64,000 bases of DNA, taken from Candidatus Daviesbacteria bacterium (GTDB lineage: Bacteria; Patescibacteriota; Microgenomatia; Daviesbacterales; UBA10151). The number at the start of each line of letters is the position of its first letter. Within the stretch, counting starts at the first letter, position 1. A program made the position numbers and the translations under genes. This document shows, in pieces, positions 41,111 to 51,316 of the stretch. The stretch lies in the NCBI GenBank assembly GCA_028687915.1, contig JAQTZF010000001.1, positions 802,634-866,633 on the forward strand, written 5' to 3'. The notes under the pieces are model-generated. The model had not been told where the DNA came from. It saw only the letters and a list, made by a program, of their open reading frames with translations, and did no database searches.

Positions 41111-42472
41111 ATGGCAAATCTTAAATCTCCTCAGGAAATTATTAAGGAGAATTTTAGTGGTAAAAAAGTATTAATATTAGGCTTGGGAGTAAACCAGGGG
41201 GGGATAGGTGCTACCAAGTTTTTTGTGAGCAATGGCTCAAAAGTTAAAGTCACAGATATTAAAGATCAGGATACTCTAGCAAGCTCACTTAGAGAATTGG
41301 AAGAATATGCCGGAATTGAATATACCCTTGGAGAACACAAATATGAAGATATAGATTGGGCTGACCTAATTATCAAAAATCCTGCTATTAAGCCAGATAA
41401 TCCATACTTACTATATGCACAAAAACATAATAAACAAGTTGAGATGGACATGGGTATTTTTCTACAAATTGCTTCTCAGACACAAATAATTGGAATAACA
41501 GGCACCAAAGGAAAATCAACCACCTCGAGTTTAATATATGAAATTCTTAAAAAATCTGATGAAAAAGTAATTTTTGCCGGCAATATCGGTAAAAGTGTCC
41601 TTGATACTATTCCGTTAGTTAAACCAGACAGTACAATTATTTTAGAATTATCTTCCTTTCAGCTTGAAGCTTTTGAACAACATAAAATTTCACCTCATGT
41701 TGCGGTTATAACTAATATTTACCCTGACCATTTAAACTATTATGGAACTATTGAACAATATGTTGAATCTAAAAAAATAATTGCCAAAGAACAGGCACTT
41801 AGCGATTTCTTAGTATTAAAGAAAGATGATCCTGTAACCAGTATGCCAAACTTTCAAAATGGAATATCATCACAAATAATTTATTTTTCTCCGGAAGACC
41901 TGCCATCTGATTTTACTCTAAAGTTACCAGGAGAATATAACTTATGGAACGCAGCCGCTGCTTTAAAAGTAGCAGAGATCTATGGTATTGAAAAAGCAGA
42001 TGCTTTAGAAGTAATAAAAGATTTTAATGGGGTAGAGTACAGACTCCAATTAATTAAAGAAATAAATGGTATAAAAATTTATAATGATTCTGCTTCTACC
42101 ATGCCTGAATCAGCTATCTGGGCTATTAAAAGTTTACAGCAAAGTATCTTAATTTGTGGAGGAATGAATAAAAACCTGGATTATCAGGAACTCGCAAAAG
42201 TTATTACAACTAATGCAAAAATGATTTTCTTTGTTGATGGAGATGCAACTGATGAAATAAAAAAACATCTATCTTTAATAGATCCTAAATCTTCAGATAA
42301 AATCAAAGGAACCTACTCTGATTTAGAAAAATTATTAACTGATGTAAAAGCAGTAGCACAACCCGGGGATACAATATTATTTTCCCCAGGAGCAACTTCG
42401 TTTAATTTCTTTCAAAATGAATTTGACAGGGCAAGAAAATTTAATGAAGCAGTAACAAAAATCTTCGGATAA
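41111..42472 (+). CDS. murD: UDP-MurNAc-L-Ala--D-glutamate ligase
   Basis: GITGTKGKST, ELSSFQL, NDS and FSPGATSF..F.NEFDR. Confidence 0.92.
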   Translation: MANLKSPQEIIKENFSGKKVLILGLGVNQGGIGATKFFVSNGSKVKVTDIKDQDTLASSLRELEEYAGIEYTLGEHKYEDIDWADLIIKNPAIKPDNPYLLYAQKHNKQVEMDMGIFLQIASQTQIIGITGTKGKSTTSSLIYEILKKSDEKVIFAGNIGKSVLDTIPLVKPDSTIILELSSFQLEAFEQHKISPHVAVITNIYPDHLNYYGTIEQYVESKKIIAKEQALSDFLVLKKDDPVTSMPNFQNGISSQIIYFSPEDLPSDFTLKLPGEYNLWNAAAALKVAEIYGIEKADALEVIKDFNGVEYRLQLIKEINGIKIYNDSASTMPESAIWAIKSLQQSILICGGMNKNLDYQELAKVITTNAKMIFFVDGDATDEIKKHLSLIDPKSSDKIKGTYSDLEKLLTDVKAVAQPGDTILFSPGATSFNFFQNEFDRARKFNEAVTKIFG

Positions 42473-42514
42473 TTAAAGTATTGACAAATATTTCAAGATA
42501 AGTAAAATCTCAAT

Positions 42515-42808
42515 ATGGCAGAAAGAATTCAAAAATTAACTCTTGCATCAGCAAAAGCACTTGTTTTCCAATCAGAATTTCTAGCACAATCTACCCTTGG
42601 AGAATCCAGAGATCCAAGAGTTCCATTAGCCTACAAGGCTATAGAGCAAGAAGAGAGCAGGGTAGCACGAATATTTGAAAATGCAAAATATAATGCTCAA
42701 GAAAAACGTAGAAGAAGATTTGAGACAGGTAATGTCTATATACCTAAAGAGAGGACATCACGAGAAACTTATAAAAGCCCTTATTCCCGTCCTTTCCGCT
42801 GGTACTAA
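42515..42808 (+). CDS. Hypothetical protein
   Basis: 97-aa ORF; TTGACA-16-TAAAAT promoter ending 6 nt before the ATG. Confidence 0.55.
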   Translation: MAERIQKLTLASAKALVFQSEFLAQSTLGESRDPRVPLAYKAIEQEESRVARIFENAKYNAQEKRRRRFETGNVYIPKERTSRETYKSPYSRPFRWY

Positions 42809-42932
42809 TTAACTTTTATTCCAATTCATCTCAAAAATAGCTTTTTATGCTGTGGAAAAAATTTTTGGATGAGTTATAATCGTCTCGATTACATCTCGCG
42901 CTTGAAACTCTAGCGAGTTATAATTGCTCCAA

Positions 42933-43562
42933 ATGCCACATCAAATCAAAGATTACTTTGTTAAGCCATCTGATCCAATTTTGAAAAATATAGCAAAACC
43001 CATCCCTCAGGAAAAAATACATTTACCAAAAACCAAACAAATAATTAAAAAAATGCTGTCTATTGCTTACGGGGAACAGATGGATAAATCTAAACCATTT
43101 TTAGTTGGAGTAGCTGCCCCACAACTGGGAATATCAGAAAGAATTGTTTTGGTAGATAGATTAGCTGATGGTAAAGGCAAAGCAGGGGATTTAAATGTTT
43201 ATATTAATCCAGAAATTACTTGGAAATCAGAAGAAGAATGGGAATGGTACGAAGGCTGTTATAGTGCTGATCGAGTTTGTGGAATAGTATCAAGGCCTAT
43301 TGCTATCAAAATTAAGGCCCATGATCAAAACGGAAATATAATAGAAGAAGATTTTGAGTATTACACAGCCCGAATTTTTCAACATGAAATTGATCATCTA
43401 AACGGACATGAATTTGTAGAATTAGTTTTAACTCAAAATCCAAACAACCTACATTGGGTAGAGGATAAGGAATTTATGAATTACAGAAATAATGAAGCCT
43501 GGCGTAACTGGCCAAAAAAATGTTCCAGAGAAAAATGGGAAAAAATCAAAGGAATTAAATAA
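42933..43562 (+). CDS. def: Peptide deformylase
   Basis: GVAAPQLG, EGCYS and QHEIDHLNG. Confidence 0.92.
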   Translation: MPHQIKDYFVKPSDPILKNIAKPIPQEKIHLPKTKQIIKKMLSIAYGEQMDKSKPFLVGVAAPQLGISERIVLVDRLADGKGKAGDLNVYINPEITWKSEEEWEWYEGCYSADRVCGIVSRPIAIKIKAHDQNGNIIEEDFEYYTARIFQHEIDHLNGHEFVELVLTQNPNNLHWVEDKEFMNYRNNEAWRNWPKKCSREKWEKIKGIK

Positions 43563-44310
43563 TCGAATTCCAAAGCATTTCAAACAAAGTTTTTTGAGCT
43601 TCAGTTATTGGCTGACTTTCTATGATAACTCCAATAATATCTTTGTTGTAATCTAAAGTTGCTATCTTATTATCATAAATATAAATTTCAGGACTAAATT
43701 TATAACCCTCTGAAAGTAATTTCGTTTGACGCAAACATTCTTTATCTGATTTCATTAATTTTTTCCCTTCTTTGTTATCCACTGCCAAAACCCGGATTGA
43801 AATATTACGCTTTATTCTTTCCTCAATAAATTTTAAATGTAATTTTTCATTAAAAAATAAGTTTTCAGTTTCCTGATTAGTCCAAAGTAAAACTTCGCCC
43901 CTGGAAGAGAGAATGTCTTTCCAAACAGAAAGCAAGCCATTATTCCCTTCATAGACTTTAACTTTTGGGCGAATTTCTGAGGTTTGATATAAAGCCTGAA
44001 GTTCTGGTAAATTATCTATAATTTCAGCTTCCTGTCTTTTAAGTAATTTTCCCCTGTTTTCAATCATCTGTAACAACCTTTCAGGTTTAATACAAGTTAC
44101 TTTCTTTTTATAGCTTTTGAGATCTTCTTCTAAATAACCTGATTTTAAAAGCTTCTCAGCAATAAGATAAGCAGTAGATCGCTGTAATTTAGATGCAGAA
44201 GCAACCTCATTAATAGAGGAGGGACCTGATTTTAAACAGGTTACAAAAAACTTAATTTCTTTTGGGTTTAAACCAAGTAGATCAAGAGAAGCTAAAATTA
44301 TTTTTTCCAT
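43555..44310 (-). CDS. TrmB-family transcriptional regulator
   Basis: LGL..KE, wHTH with RSTAY, PKVKVYEG and a PLD-like C-terminus (EIYIYDNKIA..GVIIES..LFEMLW). Confidence 0.85.
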   Translation of the reverse strand: MEKIILASLDLLGLNPKEIKFFVTCLKSGPSSINEVASASKLQRSTAYLIAEKLLKSGYLEEDLKSYKKKVTCIKPERLLQMIENRGKLLKRQEAEIIDNLPELQALYQTSEIRPKVKVYEGNNGLLSVWKDILSSRGEVLLWTNQETENLFFNEKLHLKFIEERIKRNISIRVLAVDNKEGKKLMKSDKECLRQTKLLSEGYKFSPEIYIYDNKIATLDYNKDIIGVIIESQPITEAQKTLFEMLWNSII

Positions 44311-44459
44311 AATATTTAGATTAAATTATAGCACAAAATTAATTACATGTCTGATTATTTTGGACAACAAATTTATCAAGCTCAAAACAAAGCTGGAAAT
44401 TTTATATATATTAATTAAAAATTGCTTTAATAGATTTCTTAAGGATAAAATAACAGTCA

Positions 44460-45392
44460 ATGAATATTTTACTTATTACAGGAGGCATATCCAGTGAAAG
44501 AAGTGTGTCTTTGATTTCTGCAAAAGAAGTTAAAAAAGCGCTTGAAGAAAACAAACACAAAGTTAAGATGTTTGATATTAAACATGGGACTGATGAGATG
44601 GTCAAGTTAATTAAAAACTGTGATCTGGTTTTTCCTGTACTACACGGCGAAGAAGGTGAGGGAGGAGATTTACAAAAATTATTACAAAAATCAGGCAAAC
44701 TTTACATTGGAGGTGATCCTGAGGGTTTAAAAGTGGGCTGGTATAAAATTCCATTTAAACAATTTTGTGATAAAAATAACGTCCCTTCAGCCCCCTGGAA
44801 AGAAGTTAATACTATTGATGAAGTTATTAAATTTGGTTTACCATGTGTGGTAAAAAGCACCAATGGGGGATCCTCAAAGGAAGTGGCTATTTTAAAAACA
44901 AATGCAGATTTAAAGCAAAAAATGTTTTTAGATTTATTTAAACTGAATCAACCCTTATATGCAGAAAAATTCTTACCTGGGATAGAAATTACTGTAGGAA
45001 TTTTAGGAAATAAGGCTTTACCTGTTGTAGAAATTGTTCCACCAGAGGGAAGTTGGTTTGATTTTAAAAATAAATATTCAGGAGAAACGAAGGAAATAGT
45101 TAATACCCCAAATTTAACTCCTAAAATTAAAAAACAGGTTCAGGAAATTGCTTTAAAAATTCACAAAGACTTAAACCTTGGGCCATATTCCAGAATAGAC
45201 TTTATAGTTTCAGATTTACCTTCCCACATATCAGGCGGGGAAGCTAAACCATATGTTCTTGAAGTTAATATTATTCCGGGCATGACCCCCAATAGTCTTT
45301 TTCCTAAAGCAGCACTTGGAGCAGGATATACCTTCCCTCAGCTTATTCAAAAGTTGATTAAGCTAGCTATTCAGAATACTAAGAACCAGTAA
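44460..45392 (+). CDS. ddl: D-alanine--D-alanine ligase
   Basis: GGISSERSVSL, LHGEEGE, GGSS, FDFKNKY and LEVNIIPGMT..SLFP. Confidence 0.93.
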   Translation: MNILLITGGISSERSVSLISAKEVKKALEENKHKVKMFDIKHGTDEMVKLIKNCDLVFPVLHGEEGEGGDLQKLLQKSGKLYIGGDPEGLKVGWYKIPFKQFCDKNNVPSAPWKEVNTIDEVIKFGLPCVVKSTNGGSSKEVAILKTNADLKQKMFLDLFKLNQPLYAEKFLPGIEITVGILGNKALPVVEIVPPEGSWFDFKNKYSGETKEIVNTPNLTPKIKKQVQEIALKIHKDLNLGPYSRIDFIVSDLPSHISGGEAKPYVLEVNIIPGMTPNSLFPKAALGAGYTFPQLIQKLIKLAIQNTKNQ

Positions 45393-45645
45393 GTATTGAA
45401 GAAAAAACTTCTGTGTGAGTAAAAAAAGCAGATGTGTTTCTGTGCGTATAACCTGTTCGTCTTCTTAAAGAAACAATAAAGCTATCAGGTTCATACATTC
45501 CGGATTCTAGAAGAGTTTCTTTCCTATTAAGAAACCAATTTAAACAATATGCGGCTGATTTATCGATTATATAATCATCACCTTTTACAGTAAGTATGTC
45601 TCCAATATCAAATCTTACAACACTTCCTTTTTCATCAAACTCCAT
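45379..45645 (-). CDS. Hypothetical protein
   Basis: 88-aa ORF preceded by AGGAGG. Confidence 0.5.
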   Translation of the reverse strand: MEFDEKGSVVRFDIGDILTVKGDDYIIDKSAAYCLNWFLNRKETLLESGMYEPDSFIVSLRRRTGYTHRNTSAFFTHTEVFSSILTGS

Positions 45646-45903
45646 TATTTTTACCTCCTAAATCAAAATTATATCATGACAATTAATCCCATAAACTTCT
45701 ACAGAAGTTTGAAAGCTACGCTTATAATAATATACTCTTTTTGCTTCCAAAAGGCTTGTTTTTATGCCTCAAAAAAGGGTATAATAGCTGAACAGCTTAA
45801 GGCTTTTTTTAATGTCTTTTTAGGCTAATTTTATGAGCAACATAAGCAACTGTTCGATCGTTTGGATCTCACAGCGCTTGAGTTGCAAGAAAGAATTAAT
45901 AAT

Positions 45904-48471
45904 ATGAGCAACATTGGTAAGATTGAACTAACACCTATAGTAGAAGAGATGCGCAGGTCATACCTTGATTATGCCATGTCTGTTATTGTTTCCCGTGCCT
46001 TACCAGATGTCCGCGATGGTCTTAAACCAGTACAAAGAAGGATTATCTTTGTGATGTATGAGTTAGGGTTATTGCATTCATCTACTTTTAGAAAATGTGC
46101 CAAGATTGCCGGAGACACTTCTGGTAACTACCATCCACACGGAGAATCAAATGTTTACGGAGCTTTGGTTAACTTAGTACAAGACTTCTCCATGCGTTAT
46201 CCTCTGATTGATGGTCAGGGAAACTTTGGTTCTGTTGATGGTGATATGCCTGCTGCCATGAGGTACACAGAAGCACGTCTTGCCAATATTTCAGAAGAAA
46301 TGCTTCGGGATATTAACAAGGGAACTGTTGATTTTATTCCAAACTATGACCAAACCAAAAATGAACCAACTGTTCTACCAGCCGGAATTCCAAATCTTTT
46401 ATTAAACGGCGCTTCTGGTATTGCTGTAGGTATGGCAACTCAAATTCCACCACATAATTTAGGAGAACTTATTAATGCGATCACATTCATGATCGACAAA
46501 CCAGTCAAACCAGAAAATCAGAAAGTCAGCGGTTCAGCAATTCAGCAGGAAAGCAATGCTGATTCTGCCGAAATAGCCGACGTTGCCGATACTCAGATTC
46601 CAGCTGAAACTACTGGAAAATTCCGTTCTGAAGCAACAGTAGAAGATTTACTCCAGTTTGTAAAAGGACCTGATTTTCCAACTGGTGGCTCAATCTATGA
46701 CCAATCAGAAATCATAAATGCTTATGCTACTGGTAAAGGTAGAATTGTGATGAGAGCCAAAGCAGAAATTGAAGAAGCTAAAAATGGCAGGTTTGATATT
46801 ATTGTTACAGAATTACCATATCAGGTTAATAAAGCAACACTTATTACCAGAATTGCAGAATTACATAAAGATAAAAAGATTGAAGGAATCTCTGATTTAA
46901 GGGATGAATCAGACAGAAGGGGAATGAGGATTGTAATGGAACTTAAGCGCGATGCAAAGCCCCAATCTCTACTTAATAACCTCTATAAGCATACTTCAAT
47001 GCAATCAGTTTTTAATGTAAACATGGTGGCTTTGGTAGATGGGGTGCCACATTTATTACCACTTAAATATATATTGGAAGAATTTATAACCCACAGGCAA
47101 GTTATTGTCCGCCGCAGGTCTGAATATGAATTGGCAGAAGCCAGAGCCAGAGAACATATCCTGGAAGGATTAAAAATTGCTGTTGATAATATTGATGAAG
47201 TCATTGCTACAATCCGAAAAAGCAAGGATGCAGAAGACGCTAAACTTAACTTAATGACCAAATTTAAATTAAGTGATTTACAATCCCAGGCAATCCTGGA
47301 CATGCAACTTCGAAGACTGGCAGCATTGGAGCGACAAAAGATTGAAGATGAGTTAAAAACAGTTCGCGAAACAATTGCTTATTTAGTAGATTTATTAGCC
47401 CATCCTGAAAAGATTTTAGGAGTAATTAAAGATGAACTTACCAGAATTAAAGATAAATATGCAGATGAGAGAAAAACCAGAGTCTACAAACAAAAAATTG
47501 GTGAATTTTCAGAAGAAGATTTGATTGCAGATGAACAAACAATAGTCACCATTACAGAGGGCGGTTATATAAAGAGGCAGCTTCCATCTACTTTTAGAGT
47601 TCAAAATAGGGGAGGCAAGGGAGTTTCTGGTATTACTACTAAGGAAGAAGATGCAGTTTCACATATTTTTTACACTAAAACTTTAGATAATATTTTATTC
47701 TTTACTGATCGGGGCAGAGTATTCCAAATGAAGGTTTGGGAAATACCAGAAGCCTCCAGAATAGCCAAAGGTCAGGCAATAGTTAACCTTATTAATATTG
47801 AGCAAGGTGAAAAAATTACTGCCATCTTAACTCTTAGACAAAAAGACACAACTAAATACCTATTTATGTGTACCAAGTTTGGGAACGTCAAAAAGACAGA
47901 AATTGCAGAATACTCTTCTATTAGAAAAAATGGTTTAATTTCTATTAAATTAGATGATGGAGATGAATTGGGTTGGGTTAATCCAACAACAGGTGAGGAT
48001 GAGATGATAATTGTTTCAAGGGATGGTCAATCAATCAGATTTAGTGAAAAAGATGTTCGTTCCACCCACAGAGATACTGCTGGTGTTAGAGGAGTAAAAC
48101 TTGGAAAAGATGATACTGTAGTATCAGCACAAAAGATTGATGACCCTAAATCAGATACAGTGCTAGTGGTAATGGCTAATGGTTTAGGTAAGAAAACTAT
48201 GATCTCTAATTGGACTAAACAAATCAGGGGAGGTATGGGAGTCAAAGCAGCCCAGGTAACTGCAAAAACAGGACCAATTATGACTGCTCAAATTGTAGAA
48301 AAAGGTGTTGATACCTTAGTTCTAACTTCAAATAAAGGCCAAATAATAAAATTAAATTTAAATGATGTTCCAACTTTACAAAGACAAACTCAGGGAGTAA
48401 TCTTGATGAGAATGAGAGAAGGCGAAAAAGTAGCTGCAGCAGCTATTGTCTCATCAAAAGAAAAAGAGTAA
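45904..48471 (+). CDS. gyrA: DNA gyrase subunit A with a ~40-aa repeat-derived insertion
   Basis: SYLDYAMSVIVSRALPD, YHPHG, AAMRYTEAR and GyrA box QNRGGKG. Confidence 0.96.
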   Translation: MSNIGKIELTPIVEEMRRSYLDYAMSVIVSRALPDVRDGLKPVQRRIIFVMYELGLLHSSTFRKCAKIAGDTSGNYHPHGESNVYGALVNLVQDFSMRYPLIDGQGNFGSVDGDMPAAMRYTEARLANISEEMLRDINKGTVDFIPNYDQTKNEPTVLPAGIPNLLLNGASGIAVGMATQIPPHNLGELINAITFMIDKPVKPENQKVSGSAIQQESNADSAEIADVADTQIPAETTGKFRSEATVEDLLQFVKGPDFPTGGSIYDQSEIINAYATGKGRIVMRAKAEIEEAKNGRFDIIVTELPYQVNKATLITRIAELHKDKKIEGISDLRDESDRRGMRIVMELKRDAKPQSLLNNLYKHTSMQSVFNVNMVALVDGVPHLLPLKYILEEFITHRQVIVRRRSEYELAEARAREHILEGLKIAVDNIDEVIATIRKSKDAEDAKLNLMTKFKLSDLQSQAILDMQLRRLAALERQKIEDELKTVRETIAYLVDLLAHPEKILGVIKDELTRIKDKYADERKTRVYKQKIGEFSEEDLIADEQTIVTITEGGYIKRQLPSTFRVQNRGGKGVSGITTKEEDAVSHIFYTKTLDNILFFTDRGRVFQMKVWEIPEASRIAKGQAIVNLINIEQGEKITAILTLRQKDTTKYLFMCTKFGNVKKTEIAEYSSIRKNGLISIKLDDGDELGWVNPTTGEDEMIIVSRDGQSIRFSEKDVRSTHRDTAGVRGVKLGKDDTVVSAQKIDDPKSDTVLVVMANGLGKKTMISNWTKQIRGGMGVKAAQVTAKTGPIMTAQIVEKGVDTLVLTSNKGQIIKLNLNDVPTLQRQTQGVILMRMREGEKVAAAAIVSSKEKE

Positions 48472-48482
48472 ATTATATATAG

Positions 48483-48686
48483 ATGGAGAAAAAAATTACT
48501 GCCATAGCTATCGTGTATTTTGTAATTGGACTAATCGTCGCTATCACTTTTGCTACTTTTTATCACTGGCCACCTTTATCATATTTCAGCCCTAATTTTT
48601 ATTCTGTAGTCTTAACCTGGCCTTTTCAACTTAGTGGTTTGATTAGTGATTTCCAATATTACGGCTTCGCAGGCAAACCATTCTAA
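48483..48686 (+). CDS. Small membrane protein
   Basis: 67 aa with an N-terminal TM and a WP motif. Confidence 0.55.
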   Translation: MEKKITAIAIVYFVIGLIVAITFATFYHWPPLSYFSPNFYSVVLTWPFQLSGLISDFQYYGFAGKPF

Positions 48687-48728
48687 ATATCCTTATTTCC
48701 TGAATGAAAAGATTTGTGCACGTCTTTC

Positions 48729-48763
48729 AAATGCTTAAGACAACGAAGTTGTCGCAAGCATTT
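48729..48763. terminator. Hairpin between convergent genes (C-GAA-G loop)
   Basis: AAATGCTT-aa-GACAAC-GAA-GTTGTC-gc-AAGCATTT. Confidence 0.5.
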
Positions 48764-49685
48764 ATTCCTTATTATTGCCGGAGTGAAACGACTTATGAAC
48801 ATCTTTTAAATGCTTATTGGTAACATGGGTATATATTTGGGTTGTAGCAATATTTGAATGACCTAGCATCTCCTGAACAGATCTGATATCAGCCCCATTA
48901 ATAAGCAAATCTGTAGCAAAACTGTGTCTTAATGTATGAGGAGTGGCTTTTACTAAAATACCAGTACCCTTAACATACTTTTCTACAATCCTTTCTATAG
49001 AGCGGGGAGTGAGCCTCATAGCTTCACCACCAGGAGTTATATCAACCTTACCCTGAAACCTAATAAACAGGGGAGAAAAATTATCTTTTCTATTTTTCAA
49101 ATATTGATCCAACCAATGAATAGCAGAATCAGATAAAAAAACCACTCTTTCTTTAGATCCTTTTCCCACCACGGAAAATTCAGATCTTTCTAAATTAATA
49201 GATTCACGATTTAAGGAAGCCAACTCTGCTACACGTAGTCCTGTTGAAAATAATGTTTCAAGCAAAGCTCTATCCCGAAGACCAGCAAGATCTGAGGTCT
49301 GGGGAGCCTCAAGCAGCTTTTTTAATGATTCATCATCCAGTATTTTAATAGGGGAGGCATCAGACTCACCTAACTCTATTTGTTCAGCAGAGAGTGATTC
49401 TATACCTTGTTTAGAAAGATAGCGTAAAAAAGCACGTAAAGCTATCATAAAATAATTTTGAGTAACTCTTTTTAAAGGTTCTTTAGTTTTGGGATCAAGC
49501 CAGCGGTTTAAAAATAAACGATATTTTCGAACAAGCGCCAGATTAATATCTGCAGGCTTAATATCCCCGGCATATTCGAGGAATCTTTTAAGATAGTGAT
49601 CGTAATTTTGTATTGTTTTTTGAGACGTATTACGTTCAATTTCTAAATATTCTAAAAAATCTGTTATTAAAGCGGAGAGCGTCAT
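48762..49685 (-). CDS. Tyrosine recombinase, XerC/XerD family
   Basis: RDRALLETLFSTGLRVAEL, GKGSKER and PHTLRHSFAT..LGH..TTQIYTHV. Confidence 0.93.
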   Translation of the reverse strand: MTLSALITDFLEYLEIERNTSQKTIQNYDHYLKRFLEYAGDIKPADINLALVRKYRLFLNRWLDPKTKEPLKRVTQNYFMIALRAFLRYLSKQGIESLSAEQIELGESDASPIKILDDESLKKLLEAPQTSDLAGLRDRALLETLFSTGLRVAELASLNRESINLERSEFSVVGKGSKERVVFLSDSAIHWLDQYLKNRKDNFSPLFIRFQGKVDITPGGEAMRLTPRSIERIVEKYVKGTGILVKATPHTLRHSFATDLLINGADIRSVQEMLGHSNIATTQIYTHVTNKHLKDVHKSFHSGNNKE

Positions 49686-49686
49686 G

Positions 49687-50382
49687 CTAACGTCTGGCTA
49701 GGCTAAAGAAACCTAGAAAAGTTAAAGAGCCCCCAATTCCGACCAATATTAAGGTAGGATTTACATCAGCTGTCCCAGGTAAAGGGGCCTGTGTTGGAGT
49801 CCATCTTGGTGGTTGAGTAATAGTAGCAGACCCAGTTGAAATAGGTCCGCCTTGTCCACAACTACCAGTTCCAATTACATAGTTACCATTTACAACCTGA
49901 TTTAAGGTTTCTACCATTGTAGTAATCTCAACCACATTTGTATCAGTGGTCTTACTTTTATCATTAGGATCAAAATCAAATTTAATCTGAGTGGCTCCAA
50001 CAGGAGCAGTTTCCAAAACCGTAAAATCAATAGTAGCAAATGTTCCTGCACCCTTAAAGAATGAGGTTGCAGAAGCTAAACCAGAGATAAGTATAGTACC
50101 TGTTAATGTATCAATACTATTTCCTGTATAATCCGGATAGATACTACCATTACTAATTTTATTAGCCACAAAACGGGTGGTATCATAATTAATAATCACA
50201 TCTGTACCAGCTGTTTCAAAAGTACTTGTATCTAAATTAACTGTTAATGAAAAATTACAATTTTTATTAAAAGTCCCGGTAGGAGGGGAGAGTGATAAGG
50301 TTGATCCGGCAGCAAAAGCTAAAGCAGGATTCATAAATATTAAGCTTAATGCACTTAAAAAAGAGATAAGTATTTTTTTCAT
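49687..50382 (-). CDS. Secreted cohesin-domain protein with a C-terminal LPxTA-TM-RR anchor
   Basis: Signal peptide; LSLSP..TAGTDVIINYD..G.FATIDF cohesin-like pattern; LPGTA at 49768-49782. Confidence 0.75.
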   Translation of the reverse strand: MKKILISFLSALSLIFMNPALAFAAGSTLSLSPPTGTFNKNCNFSLTVNLDTSTFETAGTDVIINYDTTRFVANKISNGSIYPDYTGNSIDTLTGTILISGLASATSFFKGAGTFATIDFTVLETAPVGATQIKFDFDPNDKSKTTDTNVVEITTMVETLNQVVNGNYVIGTGSCGQGGPISTGSATITQPPRWTPTQAPLPGTADVNPTLILVGIGGSLTFLGFFSLARR

Positions 50383-51008
50383 TGATTTATTTTAAGATCA
50401 AGATTTTTAACCTGTTCCAAAACATCAGCAGACTTTTTATTCTCTATAATATTACTGTCATTTGTTTTTCCTTTAGTGAATTCAATAAATACTTTAGCAG
50501 AGCCTGCAGCTTTTGCCTGAAATAAAATAGTACCAAATAAACCATTAGGAATAACTCCTGCTATATTATTTGTAATACCGGAAACTGTAATTACACCACT
50601 TTTTGATTCACTTTGATTAATGGGGTATTCATCATAAAGAGTACCCACAGTAACTGCACTTTTTGAAGAGGTAGGTGTAAGAGCTAATAAATTAGCATCA
50701 TAATGAATAATAATATCCGCCCCAGCTGTAGTTTTATCAGACTCAATGTTTATACCAACCGGTATCATTTCTCCAACCTTAAAATCAGTTTTAGGAACTG
50801 TTAAAGAAATAGTATTTAAGGCTTTAGTCTCTATTCCGGTTTTATTAGATTTAGGCTCAGACTGTTCAAATTGATCAGTTACCCTTAATGCCTGATAAGC
50901 CCAGGCACCCTGAATAGCAATCACAATTACCACAAAAATAATTACATAAAGTGGCTTAATATTACCAAGGAAGGTAGCTAATTTTGTTTTGATATTGGAC
51001 AGTTCCAT
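50379..51008 (-). CDS. Membrane-anchored cohesin-domain protein
   Basis: N-terminal TM; TAGADIIIHYD..GLFGTILFQAK..DSNII. Confidence 0.72.
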   Translation of the reverse strand: MELSNIKTKLATFLGNIKPLYVIIFVVIVIAIQGAWAYQALRVTDQFEQSEPKSNKTGIETKALNTISLTVPKTDFKVGEMIPVGINIESDKTTAGADIIIHYDANLLALTPTSSKSAVTVGTLYDEYPINQSESKSGVITVSGITNNIAGVIPNGLFGTILFQAKAAGSAKVFIEFTKGKTNDSNIIENKKSADVLEQVKNLDLKINQ

Positions 51009-51070
51009 TAATTTAAATCCTTACTATAATTGAACCACAAAGAGTTGTCTTCTGTCTAGTTTTATCATAC

Positions 51071-51316
51071 TTATGGTGCTGGTGGACCTAAAGGGGAGCG
51101 CAACTCAATAGTGAAGGTAGTACTGGTAGTAGTTCTTTTGTCAGGGCTAACACTATCTCCTGAAAAAGTAATTGGATCTGCTGCAGCCCTGGATTTAAAT
51201 AATTGCTGCTCACTAGCAAGCTTCACTCCAACCGGAATAACCAACAACATAATTCCAATAACCAGTAATGCAATAATATTTTTCTTATTCAATAAACCTT
51301 TATTTACTTCTTCCAT
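51071..51316 (-). CDS. Small membrane protein with a TM-QQLFKSRA motif
   Basis: Paralogous to the N-terminus of 53875..54567. Confidence 0.6.
   Translation of the reverse strand: MEEVNKGLLNKKNIIALLVIGIMLLVIPVGVKLASEQQLFKSRAAADPITFSGDSVSPDKRTTTSTTFTIELRSPLGPPAP

Noticed and set aside
46500-46620. Intein in GyrA
   Set aside because: The insert is only ~40 aa and lacks the C/S start and HN-C/S/T end.
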